64,000 nt of DNA from Phoronis australis (GCA_002633005.1 NMRA01000279.1:337397-401396); one strand, 5' to 3'. Positions 14,672-29,600 are shown, counted from the stretch's first letter. Notes: generated by a model not told the origin, from the sequence alone. Numbers and translations: made by a program.

Positions 14672-17600
14672 TCACACTTTCTTGGCTTCCATTATTCTAG
14701 GAGCTTAGTAGCGAACTTACTTTTTTTTGGCAGTGAACTACTTGACTTACGTTTTGCTACAGGCTTAGTAGCAAACTACTTGACTCACAATGGCTGATAA
14801 GTTTACTAATTGACTTAATATGTTTTATTAACGGCTTAGTAGTTTACTACTTGGCTTATGTTTAACTAGAGGTAGTTCATTACTTGACTTACATTTTACT
14901 AGTTGCTTAGTAGTGAACTTGCTTTTTTCTATTGGCTTGGTAGTGAACTACTTGACTTGCGTTTTGCTACAGGCTTAGTTGCGAACTACTTGACTTACAT
15001 TTTACTTATGGCTGATAAGTTCACTAATTGAGTTAATATGTTTATTAATGGCTTAGTAGTTTACTACTCGGCTTACATTTAACTAGATACTTAGTAGTTT
15101 ATTACTTGACATACAGTTTACTAGTGGCTTAGTTGTTTACTACTTGACTTATATTTCACTAACTGCTTAGTAGTGAACTATTTGACTTAAATTTTACTAA
15201 TGGCTTAGTAGTTTACTACTTGACTTATGTTTTACAAGTGTCTTGGTAGTAAGTGAACTACTTGTCATGTCTGTCTATTTATATCTGATTTTAGGAGGAG
15301 TTCGAGAGAATATTCTACTCCTCTTATAACTGTAACAGTTCTCTTGCTTTAAATTGTGATTTTTGAAGAAGTTCCCTAAAACACAAGTTTTAAGTTAATA
15401 CTTTCATTTTTTGTTATCTTGAGGTATCCTAGCATGAAGCTAGCAGAATTAGCTACTAAGTGTGAAAAGAATGTTTTATCTCATGTTGTCATTTTCGTAT
15501 ACCTTCAGAGGACCATGATGATGACATCAGCGATCCGTTCATTGCGATGTTACCCAACTCTGATAACAAACAGCTGATCATTACGGTCGGCAAGCGTTTT
15601 ATACATGAGAAGAACATTGAGTGTATGCCTTTGGATATACTGGACCTCTCCTGTCTATTGTCTGCCACCACTTCTGAGCAGGTTAGAATGCATTTCTCTA
15701 CCTTCACTAAATCGTTTTGTATTATGTACATAACCTGGATTCTCTGAAAGAATCTGCATTGAATGTGGAATTTGACTTGTAAACAAGCCACACCTGTCCA
15801 AGGATGAATTTTAAATGACTGGCTAAACAGTTGTTTTTTCAAATAATGGGGTTTCATAATGAACAGAGATAGATTAAGACGCAAGTTATACATTTGTATT
15901 TAGGCGCATTCGCCTATTGCTCTGTGTTGTTTTGTACTGCCTATTCATATTTTAGAATTTTCTGCACTATTTTCCTTTGTTTTCTAGAAAGTAGTGACAG
16001 CAAACACTGTTGTGTCTGTCAAAATGCCTGTGGTCCACTTGACTTTTGATTATGTGAAAAGAGACAGAAGGGAGCGCCACTATGTAATGGAGGATCAGGA
16101 AAATTTAAATGTAAGCATGACACTGGGTATTGATGCTGATTGGTGCTGTTTTGGGAACACAGCCCTGGTGTGGCAGTCATGGCCCATGTTCTTTGCAAAC
16201 TGCTCTTATTCCTGTCTCGGTCACCACCAATGTGACCCCCCCTTGTTGAAAACTGCTGCTTGGGTTACGCTAATGTGTGCCATTTGGTTGATACAGAATG
16301 CCAGTCACATTTAATTTGTGTTCAGAAATCACTCGACACCTTGCGGTATTTATTTCAATAACCACACAAAATGTTAAGTCATACTCTCACAAAAGGTAAT
16401 GATTTATTTTTGTGGACTCCTGAACATTGTCAGTTGGTGAAAAATTATCCTATTCAATGGCTTTGCCATCAGATTTCAAGATATTCTGACAAGAACTTGA
16501 AAGTTCACTTCCGGGTCAGTTTTGTCATGAATAAAAACACGGTAGTGTGTTTGACATATGTGACAACTTTAGATGCAAAGGAATACCGAACAACCGCACT
16601 TCATGGATGCATATTTATTGAAATCTCAGATATAATATTGTAGCGCACTGCTTGGCTTGCCTTGTGGCATTTGAATTTTTTGTGCGGCAATGCTGCAAAG
16701 TCACAGTCAAGTTACTGTTGGGCTTAGACAACAACTTTTTATTGCATGTGTTACGAGAAAGCAATCAAAAGTAGATTATTGGGTCACAATGCTTCATATC
16801 TGTAGCTTATCTGGTAAAACCACAGTATGCAAAGCTGTTTTGCAACCATCATTTTGTCGAGTCTGCCTCAAGTCAACAGTCATTTTTTCAAGTTCACCTC
16901 AGTCATTAGTTCATTTCTTAAGTCTGAAATCAACTTTATTGGTGGAAGTCTATCTCGGTGCGTTCTACTTCCAGAGGTTCTTAGAGCTCATACAGCCTGC
17001 TCTGGACGCCCGGTCATTGTCTGAGACACTCAAAGATAGACAGCAGGTATGGTCATAGTATATTGTCATATGGTCATAGTATATTGTCATAGACAAACTA
17101 GTCACTCCTAAGGAAAATAATTATGTTCTAGTGTTCAGTCTGGTAAATAATTGGTCTTTAATGTGCAAGTCACAACAGGAGTGAGCGCAGTGACTGATCT
17201 GAATATTGATTTAAAGAAAGTGAAAATTGTACTTTATACAATGAAATTCATCTTAACTGTCATTACTGTGCTGATTCAGTCAGGTGTACTGTGTTGACCT
17301 TCATCTGTGGGAATAAGAAGACACACAATAAATTGGTTAAGTCAGCAATTGTATTTTTGTCATATCAGCATGAATTTGATGTAAAACGCACAGGACAGTG
17401 TCATGTTTTTACACCTTTGGCCTTGACTTGTCTTGTGCGTTTTACATCAAATGCATGTTTATAGGGCTGATTTAACCAATTTTTTGTTGATGTCTTCTTA
17501 TTGTTTGCCTGTTGTGTTGCACAGTATGATGTGTTTCCACAAAGCTCCCCATTTGTTGTAGTGTTTCAAGTGTTCTCGAGTGTTTGACAAAAGTGAGGCA

Positions 17601-20600
17601 TCTGTCAGGGTGTTAGAGATGTCATTGTCGACTCATGGAAAGTCGTCATCGTTACCGCGGAAGTACAAGGGTTTGAAAGGTATGGCCATATGTTGTACTC
17701 AGCATTTAACTTAATTCTAGTACACAGTGGACAATCTTCACACTTGAGAGCCTGCTCTTTTCTCATTAATAAACAGTGCTCTTTTCTCATTAATACTGCT
17801 CTTTTCTTATTAATACTGCTCTTTTGTCATTAATATTGCTCTTTTGTCATTAATATTGCTCTTTTGTCATTAATACTGCTCTTTTCTCATTAATACTGCT
17901 CTTTTGTCATTAATATTGCTGTTTTGTCATTAATACTGCTCTTTTCTCATTAATACTGCTCTTTTCTCATTAATACTGTTCTTTTCTTACAAGCTGACCT
18001 TTTCTTGTAACCTCATACGTTGCTGCAGTTCTTTTCATGGCTCACAGGAGGCACTGTGAGTGTTTGATACTTACTACACAGCACATGTGTAATACACCAT
18101 ATTAAGCCTGTCTGTACACTACAACTGATAACTTGTGTGGTTTATGAGAAAAGTATTATGGTGGAGAGAGAAGAATTGCGGTATATGAGGAAAGAACACT
18201 GTAAGTTGGGAGACCAGGACTGCAGCTCGTGAGTAAGCAAGTTTATTTATAAAAGAATGAAAACGGATCTTAAATTTTGACATTGAAGGGTTACTATGCA
18301 AGATTGGCAGCATCATACCATCATTATTATTCTTGTCATGATATTTATTATTATCATCATTTTGGACGTGGAGGGGGTAACTAGTTTGCATAAGCAGCAT
18401 TTACACGGGAGACAGTTTGTTGTCACGGAGCAAGTGACATGGAAAGGCTGATCAGGCACAAAAAATGTGTAAACATGACTGACACGCAGCAAGTTGACAC
18501 TGCGGCAGCCATTTTTGACACAGGTTTGAGACTAGGTAGAGCAAGTTGCACTCGATCAGTTGCTCCTGTTTCAACTACACAAAAAACAGACTGGTGCAAG
18601 GCAGAAGGGCTCATCTCTGTTAGTTTAGGGTAATAGCCTACATGATTTGGACATTTGCTGTTCTTTATGCAAGCATACAGGACAGTCTGCGTGTAAATGA
18701 CTCGTGCTGATCTACATTTGCTATTTGTTGTCATGTAAGTGTGACTAAAGTGGAGCAAGTCGCACTGTGACTACTCGCACCATGACAACGGTTCCGCGTG
18801 TAAAAACAGCTTTAGTGGCTTATAAGTTTTCAGATAGTTGGACATCATGTGTGCCATTCACACAAAACAGGCCTTTTGAAGGCCCTGGCTAACGTTGATT
18901 TTTGGATGTTTCGTCTTTTCTGACGTGCCTTGGGGGCAATTTTGCCTTAAGTTTTTGCATCTGTATTGCCTTAATCCTTTGAAATATCTTTGCGAAATTT
19001 GGCAGATGGTGCACTATAGAGGTGGCAACAGATGATGATGAGTTTCAGACTAATCTGTCTATAGCTGTGCCCCCTAGTGTCAATTGTTTTAACGCTTGCC
19101 TCTATGTCTGAGGAATTCCCTGGCTTATTGTCACGAAATTTGACAAATAGTTGTGTATTACAGAGATGATGCCACCTTCTCAATTCGGATGAACTTGACG
19201 CATTCTGCCCCATCTAATGGACATTTTTACGATACTAAAAACATCCACAGAAGCGCACCGTTTGTGGTGCTGTCGGGGATGCATTTCAAAGCTTTGCATT
19301 GCTCTTGTTTAACGTCGAGTCAGTGGTGAGGTATTTACTGAGCTGCTTATTTTTTTAAAAAAGAAAATCCACTGAAGACGAGCAAAAATGATGCTGGATT
19401 TGTTTTTCTTCTTACTCATCTCTTATCAAGTAATGTTTCAAGCCTTGCTTACCCTTGCTTACCCTTGCTTACCCTTGCTTACATGTCTTTGTGTGGCTTC
19501 TCTAAAATGCTTAGATGAAAGCTCGGCTGAAATTGATGGAGGCCTTTTTGTTGTCAGGTCTCAAAATGAATTGGGAAGGTAAAGACTAGAACCAACTTTG
19601 CTTTTTTGGCGTAATAATAAAAATACAGGACAACGTTAAAGATATTATGTAATTTAAAAGTTTTCTTTTTACTTGTAGGAGATCTGCAGGAGCAGTCGAT
19701 ATGCCCCTACTGTAAGTCCAGTATGGTGGTCGCAGTTGATGATGACCTGGTGTCAAGGGCCAAGAGTTCAAACTCTAACTCACCTCTGGGGTCTTTATCC
19801 TCATCTTCCAGTCTCACTCCTCTAGCGACCTCGTCAACTGTCAATACACCTGTGAAGAAGGAAGAGAATAGGTGAGTCAGACAACAAGGGGGCATGTGTG
19901 TTGTCTGGCACGGGGCTTCCAATAAGTGAGTCAGACAACAAGAGAACATGTTTGTTGTTTGGCACGGGGCTCCCAATAAGTGAGTCAGACAACAAGAGAA
20001 CATGTGTGTTGTCTGGCAGATGGTTCCAGTAAGCGAGTCAGACAACAAGGGAACATGTCGATTTCTAGGTCGGCTGGACTAATGAAACACCCTCTGTTGG
20101 CCATTTTAGTTTTCGACAAGGTTATATTTGCCTGTTAATTATTGTCAAGTGGCTTGATAGATGAATATTGACACCAGGTTTTATAACTGGGCTGTGCCAA
20201 CGCTAGTCAAATATCAGCTTTTATATCATATTAACCAAGGAAGTCCAATTGTGTAACATAAAACTTAGCAAACACCCCGGAATTGTGTACTGTTTGTGCT
20301 GCAGTTGTATATCAGTGCACTGTGTTGCTCTTGTTATCAGTGTCTGTGACAGTTTTGGGCTGAATTCTGTAGACTCAAGACATTACCTTGCACTTGCACC
20401 GAAAACAGTTTGCGTATGGATCATCAACGGCAAATTCTTTTCCATAATTTACGATTATTCAATATTCCGACCTTACCAACCAATCACTTCAGTGGCCGCT
20501 ATTTTGGGTTTTGCAAACCAGGAAGGTCTCGGGCGTATTTGCAAAATGCTTGCCTTATTGTCGCGTGATTTTGTGAGCTCTTGCTTAGTGTACGGAACAC

Positions 20601-23600
20601 TTTCCCATTTTAATGCTTTGTGCAGTGCACTCATTTTGTACGCGTTATTTATTTTGGTTCCAGAGAGGAGCAGCACCTGAGTGTACTGAAGCCTTTTGAG
20701 GCAAGAGGTAAATGTACTGAAGAGCGTTCGATTTGAATCATTCTGTTATGGTTTAAACTTAGATTTTGAAACATCTTTCAAAGTCAGAGGAGGTCGTAAC
20801 CTTTATGATGTGGGATTTTTATGGAGATTTTTACTTTTCCTCTGTGCATGTGTGTGTACATAAGGATTAGATAACTCAAATATTTTGGATGGATTTTCAT
20901 TTTTTTTTAGTGAAATCAATGTTCTCTTACAAAAGTGCATTGAACTGGGTGTGACTCACGTGTCCTCTTATTTCACATAAATTGCACTCTTGGTGCTTAG
21001 CGGGATACCTTTCTGGGGTCTTACTGGTTGATAGTGGGCAGTGATCTGTTGGAAAGTATTTCAAGTGCTTGAAGGGATACCAAACCAGTTTCAGTTTGTT
21101 CACAGATATTGAGAACGACGTTCCGTATCCAATTCTTTGAAACAAAGTGATGCTCTGTAACACTCGACAACATTCAAAAGTTTGGAGCAAAATTTTAAAA
21201 CTCCTTACAAAGTCTGCGAAACTTGCAAGCGGACCTACGCTTTAGGCGAGTTACACAACGACTGTAGGGAAAGACCACCCTCTAAGAAGTGTAACATCCA
21301 ATTTGTGACTCAGTGAGTGTGAAATTTTACTTGAATCCTGCTGTTATCACTTAAGTGGGACGCCAGTGATTCATTACCAGGTGTCCGAGTGAGAATTGGT
21401 TGAAATAATTAAAACAGAGCTTAGTATGCTGTTAATTATAACATTAATATTATGAATTCAGTAAATTAATCTACAAGATTTATCAAATCCTGATATGTAT
21501 CTTACTTGATCACTTTTCAGTAAAAGCTGCTTATGATACATTGTCTCAGGACTCGAGTGATGACCAGGTTCAGAGAGACAGCTATCGAAGGCGCAGCCCA
21601 GCATTTGTTGGCGTCAAAGAGTTCAGGCATTCTCGAAACCTGTCAGACAGTGACATCTCTCTGGTTGACAGTCCGAGTCAAACGAACGTACAAAAGTCAG
21701 TCAAAGACCATATAGATGGGTCACATGAGGCACGCGAAGATATCAGTCAAAGTTCCAGTGTAGAAGTCTCGTTAAAAATAGAGTCAAGTTCTGATGACCC
21801 GCAGCGCTCTAATTCCGCAACCCCATCCTTGACTACCAGCACTTGTTCAGACATGGTGCGTAGTGTGTACGAGAACAGTATGAGCACGTCTGGGTCCAGT
21901 CATAGCTTGATAGGTAGTTCAGGGGAGCAAGTTTCAACACATAGGCCATTGTGCCGCACGGACTTTCATAGTGTTTTGGAGAGTGACCAATCAGGTGTGG
22001 ATGGTCATGATCTTGTCTCAGCTACTGTGCCATTTAAATCCCAGGTCCTGTTCAGCATAGGTACACCGGTGGACGAAAAGCCTGTTGTGGACGTGGATGA
22101 GGTTAGCTTTAAGAGTGTTGAGCAATCTTCATTCATTCCGTTGTTGGAATCTTCATCAGAGTTCCATGAGGTCAAGGAAGGGTCTGCGGTCCTCAACTCG
22201 TATCTTCAAGAGACGATAAATAAACTTGCGACAGAAGAGTTGAAGAATTTCAACTCGGCTACCGAAGTTCAGACGCAGATATCAATGGAGGATGAACCTG
22301 GCAAACTCAGGTTTAACTACGATAATTTCAATGATGTAGACCACAGACTAAAGCTCCATCTGGTGATGAATTTGTTTGATGAAGAGGAAGATGTTCAACT
22401 TCTCCTAAAGGTTTGACAAAATTGTTCATAAATAATTCACTCAACTAGATCAGATTACTACTCGTTTGGCTTAAGAGCAGGGCTTCCTCACTTAAAAGAT
22501 CATTATGGTGGCCGTCATTGTTGACCTCTTTCAACGCAGGAATGTCGATGTGTGACTTCTGTAAATAATCCGGCAGATCGCAACACAACTTGCAAACAGC
22601 AGTGTTGATAAGACATAGCTTGCCCTAGACCTTTAATGGAAAACAATAAAACAACCACTTAATGTAAAGTTTATTGTCAGATTCTAATTATTGGCATAAA
22701 AAAGTCAGTTAAGAATGATTTTAAGTGTAAAAATACGCCCACAGTTTCAGAATTATTATTTTTTAGAAAAACATTGGAAACATTACAGTGAAAATGTCGA
22801 CTTCTTTGGAAATTAAGAAGGTATCAAAGTAGTTTTTAAGGAAAACACTTTCCTTAGAAAATTTGGTATTATCTCAACCCATTTAGAGTACATGGCAAAA
22901 GTAATGACACATAATTCTATTTCCTTGTCAATACAGGTAGTCCTGTTAACTGCATAAATGTTTGATAATTATTATTGTGGAGACAAAAATTTAATCGCAT
23001 AATTGACCCATTTAACTTTTTATAGTTGCTCTTCATTCTTGGTTATGAAGAAAGGTTGCTCTGACATTGAACTCAGCTACTGCCCTGCCATCTTGTGGTG
23101 GGGGATTGTGGATCATTTTGTCTGAATACTATTGGCATATGCCGTTAACTTTGGCTGGTTTCTGACCAGTGTCAGTGTTTCATCAGATCTATATTCAGTT
23201 TAAATGATGGAATTTTTACTTTTGTTACGTCGTTCTGTTTAATTAATGTGATGACTGTGTTTCAGTGTGGCGTAGTTCAGTACATGCAACCTGATGAGTT
23301 TGTGGGTATACTAGTCGTCTCTACAAGCAAGATATATGTGCTGAAAATAATCGGTCAGGAGAGGTATGTGGAGGGTGTTATGGCTTTAAAAATTTATGTG
23401 CGATAACAGGATATCAGTCAGTTGAATGTGAGTGTGAACTTTACTCAGCAGACATATTTTACATCACTGTGGAATTCAAAGTATATATACTGATTAGTGT
23501 CTGGCTGTGTAAGATATCCTCTGAATTGTGGTTACTCTACACATTATATTGTTTTGTTACCTCGTGTTTAGCCATTCAGTGTGTTAGTTAAATTACACTT

Positions 23601-26600
23601 TATTTGTCTATCCACGCTCTCAAATTAGTTCACCGAAACTCAGTTTTTCACATAATTATATACATTAGGAGTTGTTTTATTTATGAATGGAGTCGTATAA
23701 GTTGAACACATTGCTGCTTTTTCCATGTATTTGAGTTTGAATTCTCAAGTGTTTTGTTTGCTCAAAATCTATATTTTCTACAGTTCATCTTGTTGTCTCA
23801 TCTGCAGTGCTTATACTTCTTTTAGCATTCACTCCCAGGAGAGCTGTGATGCGCTAGTAGCGCCACCTTACATCTGTTTATCAATCAGGTGTAGTTTCCT
23901 GGGGCATTATCTAAAGCAGTATTACGTGGGATCAAAAAACAACCTTTTCTGACCCGAGGTCTTTCGAAAAGCACATTAAATACAAATTGGCACTACACAG
24001 CATTTTTGCACTAGAGTGTGGAAGTTTCAGAAGAAAGACTTGCATGTGCCAACTTGCAGCATAACAAATAGTATGTCACATGTTTGTTCATGCACTGCTG
24101 GAAATCGTATGCACTTCACTCTCGATTAGGTGGCTGATGCAGTGACCGGAAATGGTTGAAGACAGTTGATAAGACGCACCGTACTACCCAGAATATAAGG
24201 CTATGGCCTTACAGGCCAAATAATACGATTTTGAGAACGCTTAAAAATAATGCAAATGACCTAGAATATAAGGCCATGACTTTCTGTTTGAGTTTTTAAG
24301 TTTTTAAAAGGACATGCCATTATTTTGGCTATAAAGTCAGTTATTTTTTTTGTTTTTGCCAAAAAGTCATGACCAAAATGTAAAAGTAATATCTACGATC
24401 ATGACGTATGGTTAAAAGCATTCCATGAAAAGATTGAATAAATAAAAAAAAACGAACAAACAGGAATTCCAAAATGGCAACACACGGTCAGGTACTCTCT
24501 GTCTTGGCAGTGCTGCATAGTGCTCTTCGGGGTATTCTCGCACACCGTGTTCACCCCAAACTTCATCAGACACTTGTGGTTAGGGTTGATGCATACTGAG
24601 AGTTCAAGATTTTTCAAAGTTCTGTTCTGTATCAACTTTTGTGCCTCAAATCGTTGCACATGCAGTCTCCTTATACAGTTTCTGTGTGTTTAATATCATG
24701 TAATACTCACTTACAGGGGTCTGCATTGTACGAACCAGTTTGTTTCACTGAATAACGAGCGTCAAATTGGTTCTCGAAAGCGGAGACCCCTGTAGGTGAC
24801 TATTGCTGAGTAATGTCAAAAATCTATTCAAAATGTTGTGTAAGAAACCCCAAAACAAGCATTCCCATATATTTTCAGTGACATGAATCTTGACCAATGG
24901 ATAAAGTGTATCGACATTCTACCAATCACAGACTTACAATTCATCGACATTGGCTACCACCAGCAGAGTTTCCGACTAGAGTTCAACCTTGAGTTCTCGT
25001 GCTACTCCTTCATTGTTCGTGATAGCAGGAGGTGTAAGAAGTTTATAAATGACCTCACATGTAAGTGTTCATAGTTTATATTGGTGGTCTCTCATGTAAG
25101 TGACCTTAGTTTATAAGTGGCCTCACATGTAAGTGATCTTAGTTTATAAGTGGCCTCACATGTGAGTGTTCATAGTTTATAAGTGTCCTCACATGTAAAT
25201 GACTATACTTTATACGTGGCTTTACATCTAAGTGACCTTAGTTCATGAGTGGCCTCGCATGTAAATGTCCAAAGTTTATAAGTGGCCTCACATATAAGTA
25301 ACCGTAATGTACAGTCAAAATATATATGTCATTATCTACTCTTCATTTTGGGTATTTTGTTGCTAGTCAAGTTTGTATGGGCAGAATGTTGTAGCGACCA
25401 AAGCCCTGACTCCCTTTATGTGCAGGTCTGAAAAATTTGCCTGCCCTGAAGTAGGAGTCGAATTTAGACCGTGCTGGGAACATGCAATATATATCTGTTA
25501 ATACTATCATTCCTGAGTGGCTTTGAAGTGACATTATTAATGACAAAAGTGATTTTCTGAAATCATCTCCTGGGCAGACATGAACCTGGAATCTTTGTGG
25601 TTGCAGCTAAGTGCTGATGAGCTCAACTGGATATTTAACTGGTAATGTCACTGGCCTTGAGTTTAGTGAATGTCTGGCAGACAATTGCTAGAATTAGCGA
25701 TTTGTTATATAATCACAAAAACACAACACATTTATTGTTTTAAAGCTCAAAGGTAATTACTTCAAAAGATCTATCTCATGCAATTATATTCCCAAAATGT
25801 GTTTTTCGACAGCACCGTAAAAACAGTAATGTCCCTTTAAGTCAACTTTATCGCCAGTTCTCAGCATGGCCCCGATGGCTCATTTTTTAAACATGCCCAG
25901 GTAGTATTCAGGAGATCCTGGGTTCGATGTCTTGGTCAGGACAGGTGTTTTTTTCAAACTGGTAAATGAAGTGTAGTACATACCGGTAATTAGTTAAAAA
26001 CGCTACACAGTGCTTTACAGAAAGAATTTTCATCATAGGATACTTTTGTATTGTAAACAGGTGATCCACCAGGTCATACGGAAGTTTGCCTGAGTGTGAT
26101 AGAGGTCTGTCAAAATATGCCCAGTTTATCTTGACAACTTCTTGATTTAGCTGTATGTGTGTCTTGCAGCCATCGTCAGAAACCTTGCGTTCCAGTCGGA
26201 CAGTAACCTGCAGGGCATCCACCAAACTAACGACCAGACCTTGATCAACTTACAGACACAGGTCTTACACACGCCACTAGATGGCTCCACGGTGGGTGAT
26301 GTGGATACCAAGATCCTGTCCTTCTGTATGGGTTACCTGAAGACAAGTGAGGTGAACAAAGAAGGTATGCAACTGTCTAATATTTTTTTCAACCCTTCTT
26401 TGCACACTTCAGTGAGCCAAAAACGAAAACCATGGGATGTTGTTTTACATTTTTTTATCCTCGACATGAGAGAAACACCAGTGCTGAAAACCACACTGAA
26501 CGTATTGGAAGCTTTGTGTTTAACTGTGATTGGCTAGCTATATTAAGCTAGTCGTTAATGGTTGAAAGCTTGGAAATTCAGTCCCTTCTAAAGGATTAGT

Positions 26601-29600
26601 AATTTTTCATATAACCTAATTGTTAAAATGTCAGAAAAAATTAACATATCACTTTCAAAGTGGAACAAAATGTGTGTGAATGTGATGATACCTGTTCAGA
26701 CTGGCCATAAGTTTGAATGTAAGCTCTCAATATGTGCTCCTCATAATGGGGCTATTCGGAGAATTCTCCTCGCGGTGTCGCTGCTGTACTAGTGGTGATT
26801 AAATTGCGCATGCGTGGCTGTCTGCATGTAAACAACTGGTAAAAGATGGAATTTTTATCAAAATACGTCGTCGCACTAAGCCTTATTACTGCTAATTTCC
26901 CTGGTGCAAGTCTTCGACAGGTGGCCACAAATTCCCAAAAGACCTAAGGTTACTATATTCGTGGACAATTGCGGTCAACAGGGTCAACTAACTGACAAAA
27001 AGTGTGTGGATGCTGAAGCCCCGTGTGTGCTCTATGTCTATGACTATGCAGTTCCATTCGGAGACTACACAACATTACTTGGTAAGTTTTTAGCAATCAG
27101 TTTCTATCAACATCGTTCGGTGATGTTATCCCCACCAGTTACCCCACTGAATAACAGTTTTATTGAGTGGAACTAAGTGTTTCTTTTTGGAAACTCACCC
27201 GATGCCGGGTAGGCTAGCAGCACATATTCATATTGTCCTGGGTGGGAGTGCTCCCAAAATAAGAGGTGTATGGTACGTGATGCACAGAAGTCAAGAGTGA
27301 CTTTTTCACAGCAGTTTCTCTTCAAAACTATGCTGTTTCCAATAAAATTCTCTAGATGAGTGAGTTTCCTTATTTTATCGTGGACCCCACCCCCAGGACC
27401 ACCAGCTCAGTTATCGAATTAACATGAATAAGCCTTAATTCAGTAAATGTCGTAACATTGCATTGGAAAAAAATTGACACCTAGAATGAATTTTACTTGT
27501 TGAGATCAGAAGCACATTTTAAGTGTCATGAAAAATACACATTGTTAAATCACTTTTAGCCTGTTTCACATATTTTAATTCAGATATTAAATAAGACTTG
27601 GGTACAAAGGTTATTAGTTTCTACACATAAACATGAAGATGAAATGTCAAGTATGTTCTGCCTTACAAAAGTAGTTTTGTCTTGTCTTTTCTTTTACAAT
27701 TTGCTAATATTTCTATTCTGTTACAGGCAAGAAAAAACAACTGAAACCAACCGCCTGACCATCTATTTCACCGTTGGACAAAGTGAAAAGCAATCCTTCA
27801 GCAATAACCTGAGAGAATTGAACGTAATTCAGAAATTCAGCACCTGATATGCCTGATTATGGACTCCCTCGCAATGTTGTTTCTTTCTGTGCTTTTTCAG
27901 TTTGCCATTTGTTTTTAAATACACTGATAATTGTTTATTCTCGAATCTTGTGCATAGCAGATTCTTATCCAGCTAGCTACAATTGAAAACATACAATAAG
28001 ACAATCGATGCAGTCACTGAATGTCATTTCCCCATAATCTGTACCAAATTGAAAAGTTTTTACCAATAGTATAAAGCCTTTCTTCTGAAAGGAAAATTTA
28101 ATGTCACTCAGCTTTTGGCTTTCATTTCACTGGGTTCTAGTTTCAATGGCCTATAGAAGCGCTTGTAAAAAAGGTCCAGTTTCAACACGTGGCTTTCTTT
28201 CATGTAACCTCATTCAGCCTCAATAACATCCACAATTAGACCCTTGAAGGTAAACACAGCAGCATATCACTTGAATCGTTTTGAGCCCAAAATCAGACTC
28301 TGAACTAGACCAGAGTGTGACTAGGTCTTCTTTAGCTTCAGTCCCTCATGTTTCTTCCAGGAAAGGAAATAAGCTATTGTCCACACATGACTCATTGCCT
28401 ATGAAAGGGCATCCTCACCAACAAGGCTTATTTGTGTAGCAGTCAGATATAGTTCGTCTGGATACACAGACACTCCACTGGCACATTGTCTTATGGTAAC
28501 TTAGTACTGCGATTCACATTTCTCCAGGGCCACTGACTTGCACATTGTGCCATGCAGCACTGCTGGTGTGTGGAAGTGCTGTGGGAAGAGAACGGAGTAA
28601 CAAAGCTTGTCTATGATACAGCTTGAAGTGGCCTTAAAATGTCACTGAACCTGGAACAAATATTGAAATATGAATAATTAAGTACTCCAGATTGGATCAA
28701 AAATGTTATCCCTGTTTTTCAAAAATATATGGTGATTGGTCTACAGTTTCACATAAAAGTAAATATTTACTATTTTCAGAAACCAAGGGTGTATATAATG
28801 AGTATTGCATAAAACTGTGTCTTTATTTTTTATCCCTAGCCATAACAATTCTTTAAACGCATCACTTGTCTGTAAAATATACAAGTTTTTTGAGACAACT
28901 TCAAACCTTTGTTACCCATTTTCAAGCTTTTTTAATTTTGATACTTTCAGCAATTTTAAACTCAGATTACAGGTTCATGGGTCTGTCAAGCATACTTCTA
29001 GCCTAAGGTTGAGGGAACCGTTTTTCTTCTAATAGAAGATATGAAGACTTGGGTCATTTAAAAATGATGGATAATCTTTCTGTTGTTTAAGAATAATTAC
29101 AAATCGTAAGGCACCATCAAAAATGCAATTTTCACAAAAATGGCAGTCATTTGAATTTATAACGACTTGCAACATTTCAAGGCATGAGTTAAGACTATTC
29201 AGTCACTGTGAATTCGGAAAATGTAATATATATCTGGTTTTACAATTGATACAAGTAACAAAACAGCATATCTCCTCTGCACGGTACAAGCCTTCAAACC
29301 TAAAAACCAAAGGTTACGTGAAAACTGACGTGATAGATTTCCATTTCAACGTGTAACAGATTGCCAGAAGACATATGATAGGGAGTAAACAAATAGTCTA
29401 ATGCAATGGATATTTATCACTCACGTACCCTTTACCATTGGGATTGGATTGTAATCTTAACTCATTAACCTGTATCGAGTTAACAGCATAAACATTCAGC
29501 ACTGATTGATGTAACTATCACTGATAAACTTTTAGAAATCATTCCAAACAACAATAATAATGCTTTGATGTACGAAAAGATCCCGATTGCTACGTCAAGT

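Noticed and set aside
19515-19578. 64-nt STK11IP exon (DESSAEIDGG...) suggested by ORF 19388-19582
   Set aside because: It shifts the frame and causes a stop in the next exon; only the 21-nt version preserves phase.
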